Assembly (NCBI GenBank): GCA_040954595.2
Contig: CM082577.2
Location: forward strand, 18,760,303 to 18,824,302
Source: Balanoglossus misakiensis
Taxonomy: Eukaryota; Animalia; Hemichordata
Direction of reading: 5' to 3'
DNA length: 64,000 nt
A program made the translations under genes and the position numbers. Shown here piece after piece: positions 1 through 10,869 of this stretch. Below the pieces are notes generated by a model. The model searched no databases. It was not told the origin of the DNA and was given only the letters and a program-made list of their open reading frames with translations. Each line of letters opens with the position of its first letter. Positions within the stretch are counted from its first letter, which is position 1.

Positions 1-3000
1 AACTCAGTTGACCTTTGACCTACTTTACCATATCTTGGCATCCAGAGTAGATATGCTTATTGCTATGTTGCTATGTGCTATGTGCTATGTTGGCTTGGGC
101 CCGCTATTGCTGCTTGCAGCTATATTCTTTCTTTCTTTCTTTCTTTCTTTTTTCTTGTGTCAATTCTTCGGCCAACTAAATCTCTGAAACTACTGCAGGT
201 ACACTGCTCAAACTTGCTACAGTGGTCAAGGTCTATGAGTAGATGTGCAGTGACTTGTGAATACTTAATTAGTCATGTGACCTGGCGGCCATCTTGGATT
301 TTCTGAAAAAAATCAAATCTCAGATCTCAGAAACTACAAGTCAGATCGACTTCAAATTTGGCATGCAGGTAGACTACCTTCTACCCATCATTTTTGTAAT
401 TGGAAATTTTGCTGTCAATGTTGCAGTTTTTTTGCTACAATTTTTTTTCTGAAATCTGGCTTAAATTTCAAAAATCTTCTACTCCAGAACCGGTGATAAC
501 CGAGACACGGGGTTTGGGGTATGTGGTCACCTAACTGATGTCTATCAAGTTTGCGAAGATCATTGTGATTGGTCGAAGATTATGGCGGCCATATTTGATT
601 TTCGAAAAACCATAGTTAAACTCCAAAAATCTTCTTCTCCAGAGCGGGCGATAACTGAGTTGCAAGATTCGGGGAGTATGGTCACTACACGGATGTCTAT
701 CAAGTTTGCAAAGAGCATTGTGATTGGTCGAAGATTATGGCGGCCATATTGGATTTTGTAAAAAGCAGTGAAAATTTGAAATTCCTTTTTCTAGTCTAAA
801 AATTGATAGCATACAAATTCTTTTTATGGATATCAATCGTCATGTGACTAAAATAGGTTACAATTTTTTGGCGATTTTTCACATGACCTTTGACCTACTT
901 ATCACGCGGTATTATTTCTGCATATCTAATTCCAGGCTAACCTATATGGCTAGACGTTTGGTTTTTGATGAATGTGGATTAGTGTGTGATCAAAATATTT
1001 TGCTACTTTTCATGACCCCTTTGACCTCAGCTGACCTCATTAATTATGTACATAGCTAATTACAGGCGAACCAATAGAGCTAGAGGTTTTGTTTTTGTTG
1101 GACATGGACCAGTATGGGATCAACATTTTTTGCCCAAATTATTGGTGACCTCTGGTGACCTTTGACCTACTTTCGCATATCTCAGCATCCAGAGCAGATA
1201 CAGCCATGGCATTTGGTAGGATGGGACCAAAATGTAAAGCCAAATTTTTGGGTCACCTGTGACACCTGTTGACCTCATTAAATATGCACATACCTAATTA
1301 CAGGTGAACCAATAGAGCTAGAGTTTTGGTTTTTGTTGGACATGGACCAGTATGGGTAAAAAAAAATTGCCCAAATGTTGGGTGACCTCAGGTGACCTTT
1401 GACCTACTTCACCCTATTTAAGCAGCAAAAATACACACATCCTTGTTATGTCAAGATATAATACATCCGATAGAAAATTCTGTTTCTTCTCATTCATACT
1501 GTGCATATATAATTCAAGATCAGCGCTTGGGCCCGACAATGCTGCTCGCAGCTTTAATTCTTTCTTTCTTTCTTTATTCTTGGTTCACTTCTTTCGCGCT
1601 CTAGATCTCAGGCACCGCTGCAGGTACAGTTCTCAAACTTGCTACAGTGGTCAAGGTCAATGAGTAGATGTGCAGTGACTTGTGAATACTTAATTAGTCA
1701 CGTGACATGGCGGCCATATTGGATTTTCTGAAAAAATGCAAATCTCAGATCTCAGAAACTACAAGTCAGATCGAGTTCAGATTTGGCGTGCTGGTAGTAT
1801 ACCCTCTGCCCATCATTTTTGTAATTGGATATTTTGCTGTCAATGTTGCAGTTTTTTTGCTACAGTTGTTTTTCTGAAATCTGGTCAAAATTTCAAAAAT
1901 CTTCTTCTCCAGAACCGGCGATAACCGAGTCACGCCGTTTGGGGTATGTGGTCACCTAACTGATGTCTATCAAGTTTGCGAAGATCATTGTGATTGGTCG
2001 AAGATTATGGCGGCCATATTGGATTTTCGAAAAACCATAGTAAAACTTCAAAAATCTTCTTCTCCAGAACGGGCAAAAACCGAGTCACAAGATTTGGTGT
2101 GTGTGGTCATTAAACAGATGTCTATCAAGTTTGCGAAGGGGAATGTGATTGGTCCGAAGATTATGGCGGCCATATTGGATTTTGTGAAAAACGATTAAAA
2201 AGTAAAAATTCCTTTTCTAGCCTAAAAATTGATAGCACAGAAATTCTTTTTATGGATATGAATCATCACATGACAAGAATGAGCTATAAATATTTTGGTA
2301 ATTTTGGCAATGACCTTTGACCTACTTTTGATGAATCATTTTTCTGCATATCTAATTCCAGGCTAACCAATAGGGCTATAAGTTTGGTTTTTGATGTATG
2401 TGGATTTGTATGTGATCAAAAAATTTTGCTACTTTTCATGACCCCTTTGACCTCTGCTGACCTCATTAAATATGCGCATACCTAATTACAGATGAACCAA
2501 TAGACCTAGAGATTTGGTTTTTGTTGGACATGAACCAGTATTGGGTCAATTTTTTTTGCCCAAATGTTGGGTGACCTCGGATGACCTTTGACCTACTTTT
2601 GCATATCTCGACATCCACAGCAGATACAGCCTTGGCGTTTGGAGGTATGGGGCCATAATGAAAAGCCAAAGTTTTGGGTCACCTGTGACACCTGCTTAAC
2701 TCATTATTTATGTGCATACCTAATTCCGGGCTAACCAAAAGGGCTAGAGGTCTGGTTTTTGTTGGACATGGACCACTATGGGTCAAAATTTTCTGCCCAA
2801 ATTTTGGGTGACCTCAGATGACCTTTGACCTACTTTTGCATATCTCGGCATCCAAAGCAGGTACAGCCTTGGCATTTGGAGATATGGGGCCATAATGAAA
2901 AGCCAAAGTTTTGGGTCACCAGTGACACCTGCTTAACTCATTATTTATGTGCATACCTAATTCCGGGCTAACCAAAAGGGCTAGAGGTCTGGTTTTTGTT

Positions 3001-5212
3001 GGACATGGGCCACTATGGGTAAAATTTTCTGCCCAAATTGTGGGTGACCTCTGGGAGACCTTTGACCTACTTAACACTATATCAGCACCAAACATAGATA
3101 TAACCTTGACATTTCATGGGATAAAACACAGCATTATGTTTCTACTCATTAATTATGTGCATATCTAATAATCAGATCAGATAATAGAGCTTGGGCCCGG
3201 ACAATGCTGCTTGCAGCTTTAATCTTCTACTTCTTTTTCTTGTGCAGTTTTTTCGCCAACTAGGATCTTGGAAACGGCTGAAGCTAGAAATCTCAAACTT
3301 GGCACAATGGTGCAGGTCTATGAGAGCTCGTGCAGTACCCTCGTGAATGTGTAATTAGTCACATGACCTGATGACCATATATGGGCAAAGTTTTCAAATG
3401 GGCCTAATTTGCATATGAATGACGATATCAAAATTCTGTGCAATCATTTTGCGGACCATATGGTCAGTGTCCTACATGCCGAATTTCAAGGCTCTGGGCC
3501 AAGTCAATTTTGAGAAGAAGATTTGTAAATATTATATTTCATATTTTTTGGACCCAGCCATAGGCCTATACTTTCTATAGTTCTATATGCTCTGACGCCA
3601 CTATATATTGTTACAACAATTGACCTCAAATGGGCATCCTGCGCCCGCAAAAAGCAAACACCGATCCAGCTAGTTCTTACGTACCCGCGGAACGTGTTGT
3701 CAGCTGAATCTATCGTGTCGACACGAATTATCAAGATAGCGGTCACCGAAGAGCAGGAGAAAGCACTGGCAATTTTCTCTGCCGAGCTTTCGGTCATCGA
3801 CTGGCGGGGGCACATAAGTTCACCTGCTGCGACCGCGCGGGTTAGTACCGTGCGTGGTATCGGCTACCGGCGATTTTGATGCGGGGGACACTGCCAGTCT
3901 ATCGGAAGCAGCAGCCGTCGAAGTAAACACCGTGTCCATGAGCACATCGGCTTCCGGAGATTCGGACAACTGTGAATTTTGTTTTTGTTCGCCATGTGTT
4001 ACCACACATAGTCAGTCTTGGCTAGTCCGTGGTCTCTACTCGAATTTACCCGGTGTTTCTTACGTTGGGCATAAATGGCACTGATGAGGCTTTCCCCTCT
4101 TCACTTTGTACGGTTGGTACACAAATACAAACGGTCCTTTTCAGGACCAACACAATTTCCAAGAAGAGAACTACCGAATTTATGGACGTGTGCATGTGTG
4201 ATAAATTTGGTATGATCATATCCCTATTTTCAGGTCACGCACACTTTGCAATCAACGCCAAAATGTATCAATGGTGCCCAATTTTGATTTGCATAATACG
4301 TCAATCACGCAAATTCAAACTGAAAATCGTACCGATATACCGGTCATATCTCGGGGACAAAATGATTTCATCTTCGGTTTTTCGAAAGTATTTTCAAATT
4401 GTATTGCACCAGAAACCGCGGATGTCATGCTAAATAAACTCATGCACTCCTTGATGAATTTAGAGACAAAAAAAATCATCGGTACACCTAAATTTACTGT
4501 CTATTATGGACAACGTCCGTTCTGTTGTTAGTGAGTTTGAATCTCCCACCATTATGAGAAGTCTCGCAAAGTCTCGCCCTTTTATACGGGAGTTGGGGGT
4601 TTAAGCTATGATGCTATGTCCACATCTGTGCAATGGTCCTGTACTGTGACTCTCTATTGGCCCGTGAGCAAAATGGGACCAAAATAAAAGGCAAAATTTT
4701 GGGCTCACCTGTAACACCTGCTTAACTCATTAATTATGTGCATACCTAATTCTGGGCTAACTAATAGGGCTAGAGGTTTTGTGCTTGTGGGACATGGACC
4801 AGTATAGGGTAAAAAAAAATTGTCCAAATTTTGGGTGACTTCAGGTGACCTTTGACCTACTTTCCTATATCTCGGCATCCAGAGAAGGTACAGACTTGGC
4901 GTTTGGAGGGTTGGGACTAAAATTTAAAAGCCAAAATTGGGGGTCACCTGTGACACCTGTTTATCTCATTAATTATGTGCATACCTAATTCCAGGCCAAC
5001 CAATAGGGTTATAGGTTTGGTTTTTGTTGAACATGGACCAGTATAGGGTCAAAATTTCTTGCCCAAATTTTGGGTGACCTCAGGTGACCTTTGACCTACT
5101 TTCCTATATCTCCGCTTCCAGAGCAGGTACAGACTTGGCGTTTGGAGGGTTAGGACTAAAATTGAAAAGCCAAAATTGGGGGTCACCTGTGACACCTGCA
5201 TATCTCATTAAT
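1..5212. repeat. Tandem non-autonomous interspersed repeats (Helentron/HINE-like) with internal ~155-bp and ~238-bp sub-repeats
   Basis: The motif gcttgggccc..tgctgcttgcagct(a/t)ta recurs at ~93, ~1525 and ~3189, each time followed by a (c/t)-rich microsatellite. Sub-repeat caaaaatcttct.ctccaga occurs at ~470/623 and ~1894/2049. Sub-repeat tcatta.ttatg.gcatacctaatt occurs at 1037/1275, 2463/2701/2938 and 4727/4966/5205. tgacctttgacct is frequent. The family label is inference. Confidence 0.6.
3854..4084 (+). pseudogene. Internally deleted remnant of a Cys-rich, probably transposon-associated protein (P2RX7 C-terminal/KolX-like)
   Basis: Translation gives CEFCFCSPCV..SWL joined directly to VRGLYSNLPGVSYVGHKW. 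This resembles the two ends of a small invertebrate protein family with the middle missing. It sits in a GC-richer insert interrupting the tandem repeats. Confidence 0.3.
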
Positions 5213-5536
5213 TAACGACGTGGACCGACGAGACAAATGCCAGCTGACAGTACATCATTAGATTATTTTCGGACATAAAGTCATCGTCATCGTCGTGTCG
5301 TGTCACAATCATTATTTTGGACATATGCTTACTGTGTGATGAAAGGTGAGAGCGCAGTCAAAAGGTCGGGCTGAATAATACAGAGACTCTGAAAATATTG
5401 TACCTTATTCTTATCAAACACGTTGATGGATATTTTGACAATTGTGACATGTGAACATTTACAAAAAAATGAAATAAATTTGCTTCAAACTCATTGGCAA
5501 AACAAGGACATGGAGTTGCTGTATATTTGTTATTAT

Positions 5537-6000
5537 TGAAGTAGTTTTCTCAGCGTAGCTAGATTTCTCATCGTGGACCCGGTAATGGTAGCGTCGCCCA
5601 CGATGAAATCCTCCCGTACACTTCGACTGGACTACCAACCACCTCGACAGGGTCGGATCGCTTGGAATAGTTGTCAGTGAATGTTTCCCCTGTTCTGTCT
5701 GATGCGGCGACACCCTCTCACATGTACATTGACTCAGCGCAACACCAGCCGGAATGGTTAACAAGAACAACGGATTTATTCGTATTTCGACTGTGTTACA
5801 AACTTTCACGTCTGCCCAGTTCGGAGGTGGAAGCCCAAGAGAGCGAGAATGAGGTGTATCCCCAGCAAAAGTAGCCCGCCCCAACTATTACCCAATCAGC
5901 ACGAATGTGAAGTTCACGTGATATAGTCCGGCCAATCACAGTTCCAGCCTACTTCCTGATAGGCTCAAGCAGCGGTAACTTTGCAAGGTTTTCCATGACA
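5537..6000 (-). repeat. 3' LTR of Gypsy A (464 bp, the only complete 3' LTR of this family in the window)
   Basis: Starts TG and ends CA, matches 25624-26058, and is adjacent to the polypurine tract. Confidence 0.9.
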
Positions 6001-6533
6001 TTCCCCCCGCTAGACTTGGTTACTCTCCGAGACCCAGTCATAGCAATCTAAACTACAATAACAAATGGAACACAGAAATCAATAATTCAAATACTAAGTC
6101 AAAAGAGCACATCACTGTTTCTGTTTTAAAGTCTTTGACTCTTAGTGTTCGAAGGTGCAGTTCAATCTACCTTCTGTCTCAGTAAAATAAGTGTCCTTGT
6201 CAAATGGCACACGTATCCTGGTACCCATTTTGTTTTCTTCATCGTCAACAGGTGCTTGAAGTTTTCGTCCTCAACAGGCGCCTGTGAATCCAGTCCTGCT
6301 CATCACAGCTGCCAGGATCAAAATTTTCCCAATCACTTGGACAGCTGTCCTTGTTGTCATAGCCGTATCAAACAATCTGCAACCCTCTACTTTGGCATTT
6401 TTGTCCTGAGAATTGTCATCTAGTCTATCGGTCCCTCCACACTCTGGCAGTTCACGGTACAACTGTTCGGACCGTACAACACTATTTTGTCTCATCGATG
6501 GAGATTTGCATTCAAACTCTGGTGCAAGTGGAT

Positions 6534-7781
6534 TCAACGCACCTGTACCATTAGTGGTGGTTGGTTCGTGTGCCATACCACACTGTTTGCACTCCAGACT
6601 GGTTTCCGAGATAGCGCATCAGCATTTCCATGGCGTACACCGGGACGATGGATACAGGTATAGTCAAAGCGACCGAGCGTCTCTAACCACCTAGCCAAAT
6701 GCCCCTCTGGGTTCTTGAAATTAAGCAACCACACTAATGCAGCATGGTCAGTCCTCAGTGTGAATTTCTGGCCCAGTAAGTAGTGTTTGAAGTATTTTGT
6801 ATACTCGATTACAGCCAACAGTTCACGACGCATTACACAGTACTTCCTTTCAGCACCCGATAGCACTCGGCCCGCATAACTAACAGGTCTCTCTTGGCCA
6901 CCCTGTACTTGGCTCAACACTGCCCCTATGCCAATACCGCTAGCATCTGTATCCAGTATGAACTCACCCTTTTCCATCGGAAAAGCCAAAACTGGTGCTG
7001 ATGTTAGTCTTGCCTTGAGCTGATCAAATGCGTTTTGACAATTCTCTGTCCAAGCAAATACAGAATCTTTCTTTGTTAAGTCATGAAGAGGACGGGCCAA
7101 TTCAGCAAACCGCTGTACAAAGCGTCTGTGGTATGACGCCAGCCCCAAGAAGCTTCTTACTTCTGTGACTGTCTCAGGAATCGGCCAGTCTCTAATAGCC
7201 TTGACCTTTCCTGGATCAGTAGCAACCCCTTCCCGAGAAACACGATGCCCCAAAAACTCAACACTGCGTGCAAAAAGCACACACTTACTCGGCTTTAATT
7301 TGAGATTTGAAGTACGAAGACGTTCAAATACCTTGCACAACCTTTCCAACTCTTCATCAAATGATCTGCCAAATATTATGATGTCATCTAGATACAAAAG
7401 CATTATTTCCCACTGCATACCGGTAAAGACGCGCTCCATCAGACGTTCAAACGTACTAGGGGCATTACACAACCCAAACGGGAGCACCCTCCACTGATAG
7501 AGTCCACTGCGCGTGACAAATGCGTTCTTTTCTTTAGATCCCTCGTCCAGTTCTACCTGCCAATACCCTGCTTGGAGGTCTAGCGTAGAAAACCATTCCG
7601 ACCCGTACAACGCATCTAAAGAATCGTTTATTCGTGGTATAGGGTAGGCATCTTTAATTGACACAGCGTTCAATTTTCTATAATCAACGCACAATCTTTG
7701 TGACCCATCTTTCTTACTAACAAGTACACACGGGGCTGCCCATGGACTAGTTGATTCTTCTATCAAACCCCGCTGTAACAA
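6534..7781 (-). pseudogene. pol: Gypsy A RT/RNase H segment of pol (open here but isolated by an upstream stop and a downstream frameshift)
   Basis: Motifs SPWAAP, LCVDYRKLN, YLDD, ILDTDAS, RTDH and NADALSR. The same ORF recurs at 45409-46656. Confidence 0.92.
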
Positions 7782-7826
7782 GTCAGAAACCTGTCGTTCT
7801 ATTTCTTCCCGTTTCCATACCGGAGT

Positions 7827-8931
7827 TCAATATGCGGGTTGCCTTACTGGCGTGGCATTATTGGTTTCAATTTTATGTCGAATGATCCCAGTTTTACCAA
7901 TATCATGATCTCCCCGACTAAACACATCATGGTACAGTGTCAACATCTTTAAAACCCTTTCTTGTTGGTAAACTGATAATTTTTTGCAAATTCTTGTGTA
8001 TAAATCCACTACATGACCTGGAAGAGGAACATTGCTTCCAGGGCAGGCTTTTGCCTCTTCAGTGCCAGAGGGCGCTCTATCACTGTCATTACCCCAAGAT
8101 TCAACTGCACACTGATCGGTTCGGAGTAATCTCACAACAGTACCAGCCCTCACATGTACAGGTTCAACACTAGCATTGAGAACTCTAACTGGTAAATGGG
8201 TAGATCTCGTGGTCACTAAAGCTTTACATGTCATAATGCCTTGCTCCAGCAATTTACCCCCTTGTACTGGTAACACAACCGCTGTAAGACAAGTATCCGG
8301 GGAAGACTTATCTGTTCTCCCCACCCAGGTTGAATGAATTCTCATTCCCTGTGCACACCCACTTCCAACCTTTGCTGGTCCCGCAAACCAAGGTTCACTG
8401 GCGATTGGAGTCCTACACATTTTAGCCGGAATAATCATTTCATGTCCAGGGGGAACAAAAACGTCTCCCGCTACCTTTACACGACAAATGAACGGTTTCA
8501 TTGTACCAGTGTTACTACATTTCAACCGTTCCCCTTTAATGACTAGCTCCCCTGTCCCTGTATCAATAATACACCCAATTGAATGTAGAAAGCTTATACC
8601 AATAATGCCATCAGAGCATAGTTCAGCTACCCACTAATACCGGAGAGATAGCCCTAGCCCCACCCAAGCAGATATCTAGGTTAACAACTCCACTAACCAT
8701 AAGTGGTGTACCATCAGCTTGGTTCACCTTTACATTTATTGGTTGCAATGCACCGTGAACTCCCACTGAAATTTTCCTATACATTTCTTCTGATATCACC
8801 ATATCAGTTGCTCCCGTATCAACCAGAAAATTCCCCGATACACCACCGGCAGAGGCCTGTATGTACATACTTCTGACACTTGTATTGTTATTAGCCGGTT
8901 GAATTTCCCTAATATTTCCAGTAGTCTGCAC
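7827..8931 (-). pseudogene. pol: Gypsy A aspartic protease and PR-RT spacer (frameshifted)
   Basis: Protease motif FLVDTGAT. The frame breaks near 8625 relative to the continuous ORF at 23358-24308, and a TGA stop follows RQPAY. Confidence 0.88.
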
Positions 8932-8970
8932 ACACTGATCAACTGCCTCCCCTTTGGGTCCATACTGGTT

Positions 8971-9015
8971 GGCTGAGGGTTGACCCGACTTCCGCTCAGC
9001 CCCTAATCGTTTCCC
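8971..9015 (-). promoter_or_regulatory. -1 ribosomal frameshift signal of Gypsy A (G GGA AAC plus downstream hairpin)
   Basis: GGGAAAC at 9015-9009 lies just before the gag TAG, and the -1 frame reads through into VQTTGN...DTG. A GGCTGAG/CTCAGCC stem spans 9001-8971. Confidence 0.8.
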
Positions 9016-9825
9016 GAAACCTTGGGTCGGGTGGGACAGTCCCGCTTCAGATGCCCTGATTCATTACAGTGCCAACACAAACGGCCACTCTGAACTTGTC
9101 CAGATGGGTTTTTTATACTAGTGTTGACCACACGGGCCTTAACCTTTTGGTCAAGTTCAGCTAATTTGTCGGTGATCAAATCAACTTTGTTTGCTATCAC
9201 CCCTATCACTGACTCCAGAGTCTGAGCCATTTTTGCGTCACCCGCTTCAATACCTCTCACTTGTTTACCCAACCCTTTATTGGTTTCAGGGCCATGGCTT
9301 TTCTCTAATAACTGAAAATTCTCCTCCCAAACTGTAGCCTGTATAATGTCGTCAAGTGTGGCACTGGGGGTCCTACCCGCTTCATTAACACGCCTACGCA
9401 TAGCAGAATCAGTCAATAAATTGAAAAATGCGTCTATACATAGCCGTTCGAATATGTGACCTTTGGCATCAGGGTACCCAAGTGTTACCATTTCCCTGAT
9501 ATCCTGTCCAAGCCCACTTAGAGACTCGCTGGGCTGGAGTACTCTTTGTCTTAATTTTAAACGATAGGTGTCTTCCTGTCCCCCAAAACCAAATCTATGA
9601 TCTAGTAGTTTGCACACTTTCTGGTATGTCAATGACTTTCTGTCAATTGATGTTAACAGCCGCTGGGCTGCCCCATACAACATGGCTTGGAGATACTTCA
9701 ACTTTTCAACCTCTCTCCACACATTTATTTCCGCATAAATTTCAAAGTGTGCGAAATAATCATGCCATGCAAGCGATCCATCATACTTATCAGGCTTAAG
9801 TATGGACCCGTGTTTACCTGTACAT
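9003..9825 (-). CDS. gag: Gypsy A Gag (capsid plus CCHC zinc knuckle); start uncertain
   Basis: Capsid signature KPDKYDGSLAWHDYFAHFEIYAEINVW..EKLKYLQAMLYGAA and knuckle CWHCNESGHLKRDC. Open in copies 1 and 3; copies 2 and 4 have a premature stop. Confidence 0.85.
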
Positions 9826-10869
9826 GATTTGCTATAGATCCTTCACTACGCACGGCGATATACCGCAGTGCAAAATCGGTCAGTCAATAGTTAAATCACT
9901 TCACTGGAGAACACACAATTTCCACCCTCCTGAACCAAATACCTAGAAAACCCTAGCTAAACCTTGGAATCGAATTTCCAAACAGACTATCGTTGTTTCC
10001 CGTTCTGGCAGATAATTGTTTTGCTACCGTGTAGAGCGGGTATATGAATCCACCCACATAAGGTGTATGCCCCCGGACCTACGCGGTTTGTGCAACGTGC
10101 CGGATCGAACAACAACGACGTCTACCCAGTATGCAAGATGGCTACAATATGGCGCCAAAACGCATACACTCGCCTACAATAACAGAGTTACTTACAGCAG
10201 ATCTGGAAACCGATGCGTTCATCATGCAGTACAACTATCCCAACCGCTGTCGTGGACCCGGTAATGGTAGCGTCGCCCACGATGAAATCCTCCCGTACAC
10301 TTCAACTGGACTACCAACCACCTCGACAGGGTCGGATCGCTTGGAATAGTTGTCAGTGAACACCCTCTCACATGTACATTGACTCAGCGCAACACCAGCC
10401 GGAATGGTTAACAAGAACAACGGATTTATGTGTATTTCGACTGTGTTACAAACTTTCACGTCTGCCCAGTTCGGAGGTGGAAACCCAAGAGAGCGAGAAT
10501 GAGGTGTATCCCCAGCAAAAGTAGCCCGCCCCAACTATTACCCAATCAGCACGAATGTGAAGTTCACGTGATATAGTCCGGCCAATCACAGTTCCAGCCT
10601 GCTTCCTGATAGGCTCAAGCAGCGGTAACTTTGCAAGGTTTTCCATGACATTATTGTGATATATAGGTGAGAAATATATTGGAAAATGTCTTGATTACAA
10701 AAATATGTCATGAAATTATTGACTAGCAAGAACCATGTGTATATGTATGGCCAAGGGGAAATTTTTAACTTCTAGTTCTGAACATTAACGTTATTGCGCA
10801 GGCTACTGTAACCACATTCAAATAATACATACAATTTTCTGTTGCACCAGTGCTTTGACCTTACAGTAA

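Larger units (their letters stand above)
5537..10650 (-). mobile_element. Ty3/Gypsy LTR retrotransposon family A, copy 1 (decayed, integrase deleted)
   Basis: TG...CA LTRs at 5537-6000 and ~10249-10650, TTAT target-site duplication at 5533-5536 and 10651-10654 (empty site visible near 15947), and polypurine tract ttcccccc at 6001-6008. Gag, protease, RT and RNase H remnants are present. Confidence 0.93.

Noticed and set aside
1-5212. CRISPR-like array
   Set aside because: These are long degenerate tandem units without unique spacers, in a eukaryotic context with no cas genes.
5459-5884. ORFs MGRATFAG.../MENLAKL... recurring many times
   Set aside because: They lie within LTR A and vary in length with flanking sequence, so they are not conserved coding regions.
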